Part shown: piece after piece, positions 41,001-51,573 of the stretch | How the letters are laid out: each line of letters starts with the position of its first letter | Numbering within the stretch: the first letter of the stretch is position 1 | Assembly: GCA_050084515.1 (NCBI GenBank) | Contig: CM114271.1 | Location: forward strand, 3,224,001 to 3,288,000 | Length of the DNA: 64,000 nt | Origin: Blasia pusilla | Taxonomy: Eukaryota | Reading direction: 5' to 3' | Position numbers and translations under genes: made by a program | The notes under the pieces: generated by a model | The model's database searches: none | Seen by the model: the letters and a program-made list of their open reading frames with translations, nothing else | Told to the model about the DNA's origin: nothing

Positions 41001-42704
41001 GTGATACATAGACCTGGAGTTGCCAACCTTGATGTTGATGGGTTGAGTAGGAACCCATGTACTAGCCAAGAGGATGCAACTGGGGCTAGATGGCATGGCG
41101 AGGTTGATGAGGAGATGGTGCCAGGTTGGCATGCATCCGCCTTTTTATGTTGGTTAGGGGTGGACTCTAGTATGGAGGACCACATGACATCTTACTCTAG
41201 TCAGAGGGTAGATGGCCAGCCTTCAGATCCTAAGGTTGGAGATGGTGGTACGGATCAGCGTGATATTCATGATGATGCATTGGTGTTGGAGTTCCTACGG
41301 ACCAGTAGGGTGCCAGGCATAGTGAGTGCCAAGGAGCGAGACCGTGTTCTTCAACATGCTAAGAGGTATCGATTGGAGGGAACACATATTCTCCGTGTGT
41401 GGGAGGATGGTAGAGTACGAGTAGTGCCGCATTTGGCTCGGAGAGAGCGCATTGTGCGACATGCCTATGAGGAGTTAGGACATTTTGGGGTAAAGCGTAC
41501 GTATAGCTTACTCCTTGGTCAGTATTGGTGGCGTGGCATGCATACTCAGGTGCAGCACTTGGTGTCATGTTGTATGGTTTGTGACCGGGTGAGGGCATCA
41601 TTCAATGCTCCTACACCACAGTTACACCCCTTGCCTATTATGGGGTTGGGTTACCGTTGGAGTGTGGACTTTGCGGGACCGTTACCGTTGAATGTACGAC
41701 ATCATCGATATGTGTTGGTGATGGTGGAGCACTTCTCCAAGTGGATTGAGTCGGTAGCATTACCTGACAAGGCAAGTGAGGAAACGGCGTATGCCTTTCT
41801 TGATAGAGTGCTTAGTCATTTTGGTGCACCAGCTGAAGTGCTGACCAACCAGGATACAGAGTTTCAGGGTGAGTTTCAGGTCTTGTGTGACAAGGCGTTG
41901 ATTGATCATCGGACCACGTCTCGAGATCATCCAGAGGCGGATGGTTCGGTTGAGCGTGTGTTTCAGAAGGTGAAGAGGGCATTGTGCAAGTATGGCCTAC
42001 AGAAGGGGCATCTTGGAGATTGGGATATTCAGTTGCCATGGTTAGCCATGGGGTATAGGTTCAGTCGCCAAGCATCCTTGGCTTTCTTCTCACCTTATTT
42101 TCTCTTATACGGCCGAGATCCAGACTTGCCAGAGGAAATTCGTCAAGAGTCTAGTGAGGTGGTGAACCTTGATAACCCAGAGATGTGGATGAGAGTGTGT
42201 TCTCAGCGGGCAGAGCTCTTTCAGAGAGTTATGCCAACAGCCTTTGAGAACCTTGCCATGGCTCAACACAGGGAAACGTTGCGGTATGCAACCATTCGGG
42301 GTGGAGGTTATCGACCATCGATTCGTAGGTTCCATGTGGGGGACTATGTCTATGTGCAGAAGATTGCATCGACAACGTTGGATGTGACGGCAGGTCGCAC
42401 TATTTTACGAGTGCGCGAGGTGTTAGCTTATGGAGTTCTCATGTTGGAGGGTTGTGATGGAGTTTTTTGGAAGGACCATGTGCGTAATTGTACGCCATAT
42501 CATCTTCCAAATGTGGATGGTACTCTTGAACCAAGCTTAGCCATGATACGTGCTAGCTTGAGGTGCATGTTGTGTGGATCTACTGGTAACGTAGCCCGTA
42601 TGTTGGTGTGTGATCGGTGTTCTAGGGATTGGCACATGATGTGTTTGACTCCACGTATGGATGTTGTTCCTACTGGAAGGTGGGTTTGTCCTCGAAGTAC
42701 TTAG
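41001..42704 (+). pseudogene. DDE integrase with a C-terminal PHD finger
   Basis: HHCC-type GHFG...CMVC. Core SVDFAGP / VLTNQ (D>N) / SVER. C-terminus CMLC...MLVCDRC...WHMMCLTP....P.GRWVCPR at 42564-42701; the last Cys is lost. Confidence 0.92.
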
Positions 42705-42876
42705 GAGAGGTAGATGACTTGATCTTTGCATGATATGGATTACATATAGGCAACTAACGATGGGGCAACCTAGCACCCGACCTTCTGATTCATGCACCCA
42801 AGAAGGTGTATAGCATGTAGTAGATGTATAGGGCTACCTGGGAGTTAAAGGGACCTAACCGCCAGTTAGAGGCGCA

Positions 42877-42983
42877 AGTTGTGGTACACTTGTGTTTGTG
42901 GATGCTCTCGTCTATGTTATGTATGTATGTGAGTATGGTATGTCAGCGATGTATGTTGTATGACGATGTGGATTCGCACGATA
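42877..42983 (+). repeat. Split repeat B1 (107 bp)
   Basis: Colinear with 43353-43459. Confidence 0.95.
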
Positions 42984-42985
42984 GC

Positions 42986-43353
42986 TTTCATGACCATACG
43001 GATTATGTCGTAGAGTATAGAGTGCTAGTAGAGGCCATACCTAATGTAGGGCCATAGTGGCTAGGAAGAGATGCGGTTTCATACATAGGGTTGGGGGTTA
43101 CTCACTTGAGGGTGACTTTTCCAATAGGGCCCGCTCTTAGGTTGGAGGATATAGTGTGGAGTGCACTCAAAGAACAGTTAGTTCTTTGAGTTGAGCCTGT
43201 TGCGTTGGGAGTTAGCCTTGGTAGTGAGTAGAGCTCTTGGCTATGGTGGTTCCCGCAAGTTTCGACCTGGATTCTCCCATTGTGGAGTGGGTTTGGCTCG
43301 ATTGCATGTGATTCTATACGTGTTTTATGACAGTAGGTCTTTCATGGATTTCA
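42986..43353 (+). repeat. Split repeat A2
   Basis: Copy of 34094-34461. Confidence 0.95.
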
Positions 43354-43459
43354 GTTGTGGTACACTTTTATTTGTGGATGCTCTCGTCTATGTTATGTAT
43401 GTATGTGAGTATGGTATGTTATCGATGTATGTTGTATGACGATGTGGATTCGCACGACA
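43353..43459 (+). repeat. Split repeat B2 (element 3' end)
   Basis: Copy of 42877-42983; ends CGCACGACA. Confidence 0.95.
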
Positions 43460-43920
43460 TGGGCAAGTTGATCTAAAATTTTCTCAATCCTATCCCCGGC
43501 ACCTATTCATCCTTGAGTTAGATCAAGAGGGTCATAGGGTGAGTTAGACAAGGAGGAGTACTAAAAAAAACCTTGAGGTGTGTGGCCAAACTTGAGCTTA
43601 GGACCAACTAATCTTCAAGGAGCCTATTTCCCGCTATGATAAAATATCCTACATGCTAGGAGGGAGAACAACAAATAATTTATTCTTTTATCCATTTGCA
43701 AACCCATAGTAAGTTACCTTAACCACAATAAGAAAATCCAAGGATGAATAGACTCAAACATCCTATCTTATGATGTGGATAGGTAGGCCCTTGAAAGTTT
43801 CATCATAAGTGTAGCAGAATGTTCATATTTCAAATATTAAGCCTTCTCACACATACATATCATATCCATAAGGTTTCTTGAATTCTTGCAAGGGAAAAGT
43901 GGGCATGACATTATATCTTA

Positions 43921-44284
43921 GGGCCTTATCCCATGGCCCCGTTTCTTGGGGTCGCGTGCGACCCCAAGAAACGGCCCTCTGGCTGAAATCTCCGGTTGGC
44001 TGCCTGTTCTCACCCGGTTTCAGGCTGAATACCCGGCCTGAAACCGCACACCCCCCCTCCCCTCGCTAGTCACTCTACAGAATCGGTCTGTCACTCGCTC
44101 TCCAAAGAGAACAATCTTGGGGTCGCACTTCTTGCGCCCAAAAATTTTGGCCGCAAGGAATGTGGCGATCCCGTCAAGTTTCTGCAACTCCGACTACAAA
44201 CATACAACTTTGGGTCATAGGGTAAAGTTGATCTAGCCTAACGGCTAACGTCGGTGAGTGATGTTGGCCCATGGGATAAGGCCC
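43921..44284. mobile_element. PIF/Harbinger (Tourist-like) MITE, 364 bp
   Basis: Perfect 16-bp TIR GGGCCTTATCCCATGG / CCATGGGATAAGGCCC, with TTA on both sides. Confidence 0.9.
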
Positions 44285-44420
44285 TTATAGAGAATATCTT
44301 CAGGTCACGAGGATAAATGATATTTCAATAAAGCAATAATAAAGAAGAAGAGGGGAATTTGAAATGACTTGGAGGACACAGATCAAGAAGGGGAGTGGAA
44401 AATTTTAGTACTACTTTATA

Positions 44421-45060
44421 TCCTATCAAACTATCATACTATTAAAGGCGTTAGCTCTGGCTCAAAAGCTTCCAATGAACGCCATATCTGAAGCCTTTCA
44501 ACTCTTTCAATCTTTTTATTTTCCAAAACTAAGCTAAAACTTGAATAGAAAAGAGTTTTTGTAATTCTGTTCTTTTTTTTCTAGTTGAAAAAAACTAATC
44601 ATTAGGGATAAAATTTGAGTCTAATTCATGTTCAAATGATTTTTACATTTTAAAAAATAAATTTATTACTTCAATACTTAGGGAAAAATTTTAATTATTT
44701 CAAGTTACTTTTGGAAGGAAAAATACATATTATTTTGGAAGAAAATGAGATAAAATAATAATATAATTTTGGGAAATTTATTATTCTTCAAAAGGATTTA
44801 TTTTATTTTATTTTATTTTTCTTTTAATTTTAAGCTTTCATTGTGAGGGATTTCTAAAGAATATTTTGAAACAAAACTTAGATCAAAATGAGTGATTTTC
44901 TTTTATTAGCCGAGAGATAGGGGTTGGAAACTTCACGATAAATAATTTATTTCTAAACTAATAAGGTAAAATATTTTTTATAAAATAAAATAAAACTTCA
45001 TGATTATTCATATATCTATGTTTGTGAAGTATTGTCATTGCACGAGCAAAAAATTGCTAG
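44421..45060 (+). mobile_element. Possible non-autonomous Helitron
   Basis: 5' TC..CTATCATACTATTAAA, AT-rich body, 3' decayed hairpin (..CATTGCACGAGC) followed by CTAG. Confidence 0.4.
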
Positions 45061-48000
45061 AAATAAATAATAAGAACTCCATTTGACACATCACATTACA
45101 TCAAGGTGTTGGACACTAACATATTTGATCTTTGTTTTGTATGAATAAAGAAATATCATTTCATGAATCATAATAGCGTCAATTATGCCAACCATAGATC
45201 TTCAAGCTAGTACTCCCAAAATCCCATAGAATCATACTCTATCATTTTTCCCATAATAGGGTTTTATACAATGTAACAATAATAGTAAGAGGATAAATCA
45301 AAGCAGTCATAGGAAATACAATCTATCAATACCCAATTGATCGCGCATTATTCATAGATGCTAATAAACTACAACAAAATTCAACCTTTGTTTGTCATAT
45401 GATGATAGGACTAGATCAAGACATGAACTCTATATTTGAATGGGCAATCCTATATATACAATAAGACAAAATAACAACATATTCGCAATTTTGTCCCTTA
45501 ATTCACATTTGATGGAAAAGGAAAACGAATGTGAATGGAAAATGTATCAATTAATTTTATTTATTTATTTCATTAATTTACATTATGATGTGCGACCCTC
45601 GTGATTGGACAAAAAGGGACATGGAAAAACAAGTTTACATATGTCCACATACATGGTAGAATCCAAGGCAAAAGTGGCACGAGCAATAAAAAAAGAGGAA
45701 CGAAAAAATATGAATCACGAAGAAAAATGGAAAGATGAGAAAACATGACTTGTCCGTAAAGACGTAAGAGCACGTACACATCACCATGAATGAAATATCT
45801 AAGAGGTACTTTATCAAAATTGCTATTTTAAAGCTCTCATAACGCATTTTTTTAAATCTATAGTGGTCTTGGCGGGATACATGAAAGTATGTCCACACTT
45901 TCGCTCTATTCACATGTTTTTCTTGAACTAAATGGACAAAAAAGTTGCATTTGGGAATTTCTCCCACTGTTTAGCTTTCTTTGGCTAAGGGCGGGTCCCC
46001 ATCCCCATGAAGTCGCAAGGTCCCAAATCTTCGAAACGGACCAAGAACTGGTCTTCGGTCCGTCCACGGCACAGAAACTCCTCGGACAATCCTTGGAGTC
46101 CATACGAGCTGTAACCGGTTCCAATTTTTCAGAGAACTGGTTAGGCCCGTTCTCTTCGACGAAGGGAACTAGTTGGGCTAGTGGCGGGATAGATTCTTCT
46201 TGCAGTGGAAAATTTGAAGTGGGAATTTTGAATCTTCCCATGTTTTCTTGATCATTCCATGTCAGGTGCGCAAATTCAAAACTCCACCCGGAATTCCTTC
46301 CTCCAAGATCAGACAGTGCTCCATAAATACACTCGCAAGATCACCGAGCTCATCCCGCGTCTCTCCCGCCCCATGACTACATTGCCCCGATGCCCGATTT
46401 ACAGCTCCTTTGCTTCCGCAATTCGAGCCCGATCTCCAAGCGTTAAGGAAATATCCGAGCCTAATCTCCAAGCGGTGAGCATGGTTTCAAGCATGGTCAA
46501 CGTTGGATTTGTGAACGCCTCCCTCTCTTGCATTTCGTGTGTGCGCAATTTGGTGCCCTTGCAATGTCGTGTCCTTGAATCAGATTATTGGTGGCTAACG
46601 GTAGCTGAGTCGAGCAATCCCTCCGTGCGCTCTTACCTTAGCTGTGAATGCAGGAATTGCAGCTCATAGTGGCTAGTCTGGAGAGCGGGATGGTGATGCG
46701 AGTCACCGCAATTTGAGCTCCGATGTCAACCTGACTCTCTGAAAAATTGACAGTGCGTTCTCTCAACATTCCCCTCTCTTACAGGGGGCATGATGTAGGA
46801 TTTGATCGTCCACTTCAAATCCTCGAATCACCTTGCTTCTAATTTATTCGAGCCTGATGAGATACTGTGACAAGCTTGATTTCCCAATCCAATAAAACAA
46901 ATCACACCCGTATTTCAAATTTGGAGGCCTCAACTGCGATTGATGGGTTGCTATCCACTTCTCCAAATGGACGAAATCGCAACTCTGCAAAAGTTCCAAA
47001 CTAGCTCTGAGTGACGGAGCAAAGAACGCCGACTCCCCTTCTATGCAAATTCTAAAAGCTCCATCCCGAGCTTACTTAGTGCAGGTGTCGATGTTACATT
47101 CGAATGAAACCTGCTAAATCCCAATGCATGAATTCATTCAGTCTGATTTATGACCATTGTACTTCTTGTTTGTGCGAGCACGAACATCTTCGTCTGATTG
47201 TACTCTGAGAGAGAGAAAAGTGTGTGCTAATTGGAAACTGTGAAAATCTGAGTTGGGTAACGAATCACACAACGATCCATCAAGAGAGAGGAGAGAATGC
47301 TCAGATTTTTCATGGACTCTGAGGACGCCTTGCGCGACTCTCCGGTGTAGCTAGAGCTTATGAATTCCTCACAATGATTGAACTAGTGACGGTGATGCAG
47401 GTGCAGAACCTACAAGTCAGCATTGCTCAGCAGCGGGCTGGTTTCTGTCCATAAATCTACCCTGGGCCAGAAGATTATGGAGTGACGGCCCCAAGTAGTC
47501 GAAGGTAGCCAAATCTATTCAGGGATTCATAAGGGTAAATCTTATGAATCTCTACTGTCAACTCGCCCATGGTACTGTCAACTCGCCGGTTCTCCTAGAT
47601 CCTGCCAAATTACTGTTGGCGACTTACGAAATCATTTCTTGTTGGCAATCCTATTTGTTCTGCCTGTTTTTTTTATTCTGCACTGATGCTCGTTTGCTTG
47701 ATTCTGCACTAGTGTGAGACCAATCCCTCCCTTTCAGCTTCGGTGCGACCAAACCTTCCCAATCTTGCTTCGATGCGACCAATCCCTCCCTGCGTCATCG
47801 GCATGAGCAAGTATCTCCAATCTCAGGTCTCCCACATAGACTCGAAAAAGCAGCAAAATGCTGAAATATGACTGAGTGAGTCAGCGATTGACTGATAGAG
47901 AGTCGCGTGTAGTGGAAAGTGCTAACTCTGCTTCACGTTTCAAGGGATGCCTTTGATTTGAAGATCGGGTTTTGGTCGACTGGAAAAGCGCTTCTCCTGT

Positions 48001-48639
48001 GAAGTCGGCTCCTCATCCTACTGCTGCAGATTGAAGAGGCATGGAGATGTACCGTTAATCTTTGTCAATCTATGGAGAAAGACTATTAATCTTTGTACTC
48101 TCCATATGTCTTTCGAGTTGACAGAATCCGACAATGACCCCAAAACCGGAACTGTAGTAGCTCTAGTGGTGGCTGACAGTAGCTGAGTCGACCATATGAC
48201 TGAAATGCCAAATAGGAGTAACAATCTGCTTGACAGTAGACGAGAGGAGAGTTAAGAGACAAGAGGAGTTCTGGGATAGGTCCCGAGAAGATTGCGTGAT
48301 CATATTCCAAGTGCCTTAGCTTGCTTGGTGGAAGGAAGTGCTTGATGAGAGGAGTTCATGGAGAAGAGGGAGAAGCCAAAAGCTCTCTTGTTGTCACAAT
48401 TTTTTTCCCTGGCCTTTGCTGAACCCACAATGTTCATTTATGTAAGTGAGTAGGCCTCAGCTACAAACCTATTTTAGCTTGGCCTCATCGTATTCAAATT
48501 GCCTTAAATTCCTATGTTACAAACTGGCTTGGTGGAAGGAATTGTTAATGGCAATGCTTCCATTGACGCGCAAACCTCCAATAATTATACCGGATTCCCA
48601 AATATCCATGCGTGAAGAATGTGTTCCTCAAGATGTAAT

Positions 48640-49027
48640 TGAACTTTCCAAAGACAAGTTCTCACCGTGGTCCTCATCCCACATCAAAATTTTGATCGCA
48701 GCCAAGAAATATGAGATGGAAACCGTGGAATTGCATGGAAGTGAGCAATCATGTATGTCTTCCGGAAAGTTGAAGTGGTCCAAGTGGCTAATTTTTGCTT
48801 GACTAATGGGGTCAATAACCCCATTCGAGATGGAAAACCAATGTAAGAAAAAATGGTATGCTATTCTCAAAGAATTCAAAAAGGTATATGATTGGGAGAG
48901 GAAGGAAAAAAGTGGCGAGGTGGGTTACTACGACATGGATTGATCTATGCGTAAGAAGAATGAGTTGCCCATTAACTTCAATGAGGAGTTCTATAAAGAC
49001 ATGAAGTCTTGGCTTCCTAGACGTTAG
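48640..49027 (+). pseudogene. Trihelix/Myb-SANT-like DNA-binding domain with stops
   Basis: PWSSSHIKILIAAK...KW...NQCKKKWYAILKEFKKVYDWE...YYDMD*SMRKKNELPINFNEEFYKDMKSWL; stops at 48800 and ~48941. Confidence 0.65.
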
Positions 49028-50198
49028 GATGTCAATTATGAGGGTGGTGGAGTACATACTTTTGATACCGGACTCCTCCCAATTGCAGATGAAGTCATAA
49101 ATTTATTCAACTCTCCAAGTATGTGAGTACATAATTCTATTTTGGTATTTTCATTACATAAAAGTATGTTATCTTCTATACTCTACTAATGTCTTCTTTT
49201 ATTTAATGGTAGACAAGGATGGATATCATCAAGATGGAAGTGAAACTTGTGAAACCAAAGAAGATACTAAGCAAGCACCACTCCATGTATGTAGTAACCT
49301 ATCCTTCATCTTTTTCTTCTCGTGTCTTTACTTCTTGCACAAATAGTTACTTCCTCACTATTAATGTATCTTGGTAGATGCATCAAATCATGGAGTTCAA
49401 GGAGATGTCCAAGAAAAGCTACATGAAACAAGCTCACCCAGAAGCCGAACTTGGGGTGAGTGTTTTTGCAAAAATTTACAAAGCACATAGTTGTACCATA
49501 GGGAAATATTTCTTAATGATAACTTTCTTAACACTTCCCTTTTATGTAGATGCTTTTGGAGACCACCAAAGAAGAAAGGAAACATAGCTTCATGGATGAT
49601 TTAAATAGTATCGATGGCTCTTCAAGACATTCTGGTATTTTCGCTTCAATATTTCAATTCAAGCCTTCCGCATGTTGTGATGTCTTTCGCATGTATGTTG
49701 CTAATAACTTGCTATGTTTGAAGACCACATGTCTTTCACATGTATGTTGCTATAATTTTCTTCGTTTTGGTTTTAGTGAAGGAAAAAAGTAATGACGAAG
49801 GAGTTTGGTGAAAAAACTCTTTGAAGCGTAAGGGATTATCTCTCTGCACAATGTGGTCATCAATAAAGAGAGTTGTAAACCCTATAGACCTTGGTTTTAT
49901 ATACCAAAGACCCGTCCTAGAATATGAGGAAGTCTTTGCCCTATTCAACAAGTGTAAACATAAGAGTGTATGAAGTGTGCAAGTTTAAATCATTTCAGAT
50001 AGCACAAGCATTATAGAAAGGCACATAGCTAAGTCAAAAGAATCATCCATGGTAATGGAAGAAGGTAAGAAGACACCACAAGTAGAAGGTATGGAAGAAG
50101 AAGAGAAATAAGAAAGTGTGAAGAAAAGAGAGCCCCGATAAGGAAGAGTAGGAGAGGCATGGGTAAATAGTGAGGGACTCACACACCTTTACAGTACT

Positions 50199-50360
50199 TG
50201 GGCTTAACATCCCTAAACTGAATTTAGTTTTCAGTATTTTTAGTTAGAAAAAAGTTTGTTGGGCTTAACATCCTAAACTGAAACTAGTTTTTAGTTAAGA
50301 AAATTTCGTTAGGCTTAACATCCTCAACTGAATTAAGTTTTCGGTTGTTTTAGTTGGAAA
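50199..50360 (+). repeat. Three imperfect ~55-bp tandem repeats
   Basis: GGCTTAACATCC..AACTGAA...TTTTTAGTT repeated three times. Confidence 0.75.
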
Positions 50361-50474
50361 CTCACAACTAACTATTTTCTGAGTACTCATGATGAATGAT
50401 AACGGATCAGTGGCATTCTGAGATCGATCGGAAGATGAGATAAGGCCGTGCTCATCCCGGCAACGCAAAATTTA

Positions 50475-50630
50475 TTTTTTTTTTTTTAAATGCAGTTCAA
50501 TAAAAAGGAGTGATGGAAAACCCATCTGAAGTACAAAAGAGGGGGATTCAAAGAGTCAAAACCTGAAGCCCACAACAAGACCAGAAAAGAAGGAGGGGGC
50601 ATTCCCCCCCTAACGACGAAACTCACCAAC
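50475..50630 (-). mobile_element. Short 3'-end copy of the CRE-like LINE with a poly(A) tail
   Basis: Reverse complement of ~7168-7290, followed on the minus strand by an A-run (T-run at 50475-50487). Confidence 0.8.
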
Positions 50631-50831
50631 AAGCCTCATCCCAGAAACCAGCTATCCGAGTGCTTGGCCCTTGCCTCCGCGGAGTATCGGTAGTTTCCTA
50701 GCAGACATTTGGCGCAGTGATTGTAGTCTCTTGAGATGGGTTCGAATAAAAGAAAAATCTCTATTACTCCTTTTGCGACCCATACTTATGGTCTGGAATT
50801 AGAGTGGCTTGTGATTACAAACCCGGTAGAC

Positions 50832-51056
50832 ATTTGAATTATCTCCGTGCTCGAGCTACTAGGCCTCTTTCTTACACCAGGATCCGTGACCACACACCCA
50901 GTGCCAATGTTGAGTCAAATGCTTTATCAGTGGTAGAGATTTGAATCATCTCCGTGCTCGAGCTATTACGCATCTTTCTTACACCAGGATCCGTGGCCTA
51001 TTCTGATTCAGAGGCTCCGTGACCACACAGCCAGTGCCAATATTGAGTCAAATGCA
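50832..51056 (+). repeat. Interrupted tandem duplication (~90-bp unit)
   Basis: ATTTGAAT.ATCTCCGTGCTCGAGCTA...GGATCCGTG and CCGTGACCACACA.CCAGTGCCAAT.TTGAGTCAAATGC each occur twice. Confidence 0.85.
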
Positions 51057-51268
51057 GTTGGGAAGGAAAATGAAGCAAGTGATGCTTGCTTGTGATGACA
51101 AAGCCTGCCACCTTTCATTTTTCTTCGAGCACTATCTTGTCCACAATCAGATCTAGGCATACATTTCTGTACTTGATTGACGGTCATAAGGATCTAGAGG
51201 CAGCTGTTCTTCTTCAGGATTGTCACCGAACTAGACCACGAGGACTAAAGCAGAGTTTGATTCGACAG

Positions 51269-51573
51269 GAAACCGCATTGAGCCACGTTTGGATGGTTGG
51301 ATTAGCTGGAGACGGATTCGGAGCAACTCACGCTATGATTCGCAACTCACGCTTCCACTATGGTTCACTTCAGCGCGATTTTTCTTGGTCGAATCAGCCA
51401 ATTTCCACGGAAACGTCCCTGGCCTCATTTACGCATGTCTTTCATCGAGGTTGATCTGATTGAAGCACACCGCAAACCCACGAGTCTCATGGTTCACTGT
51501 GATTTGTAGGGGTGATGTTGTAGAAATCGACAGTTGGGTGGCAGCAGCAGGGAAGAATGGCATGCAACGGGAT
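51269..51573 (+). pseudogene. Acyl-ACP thioesterase (FatA/FatB family) exon fragments
   Basis: cag|ETALSHVWMVGLAGDGFGATHAMIRN at 51269 and tag|GDVVEIDSWVAAAGKNGMQRD at 51510; both are truncated. Confidence 0.75.

Larger units (their letters stand above)
34094..43459 (+). mobile_element. Ty3/gypsy-type retrotransposon, family 1: A1-gag-PR-DNMT-RT-RH-IN-PHD-B1-A2-B2 (degenerate)
   Basis: Termini TGTCATG...CACGACA, domain order PR-RT-RH-IN, flanks TGGC/TGGG (possible 4-bp TSD with one mismatch), several stops and frameshifts. Confidence 0.92.

Noticed and set aside
34094-43459. DIRS/Ngaro tyrosine-recombinase element
   Set aside because: No YR (R-H-R-Y) ORF seen; the integrase is rve/DDE type and the termini are TG..CA.
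45889-46669. Overlapping ORFs of 110-136 aa
   Set aside because: No recognisable family or consistent exon structure.
50445-50470. TCCCGGCAACGCA, resembling a tRNA 3' end next to the LINE tail
   Set aside because: No T-loop or upstream tRNA body.
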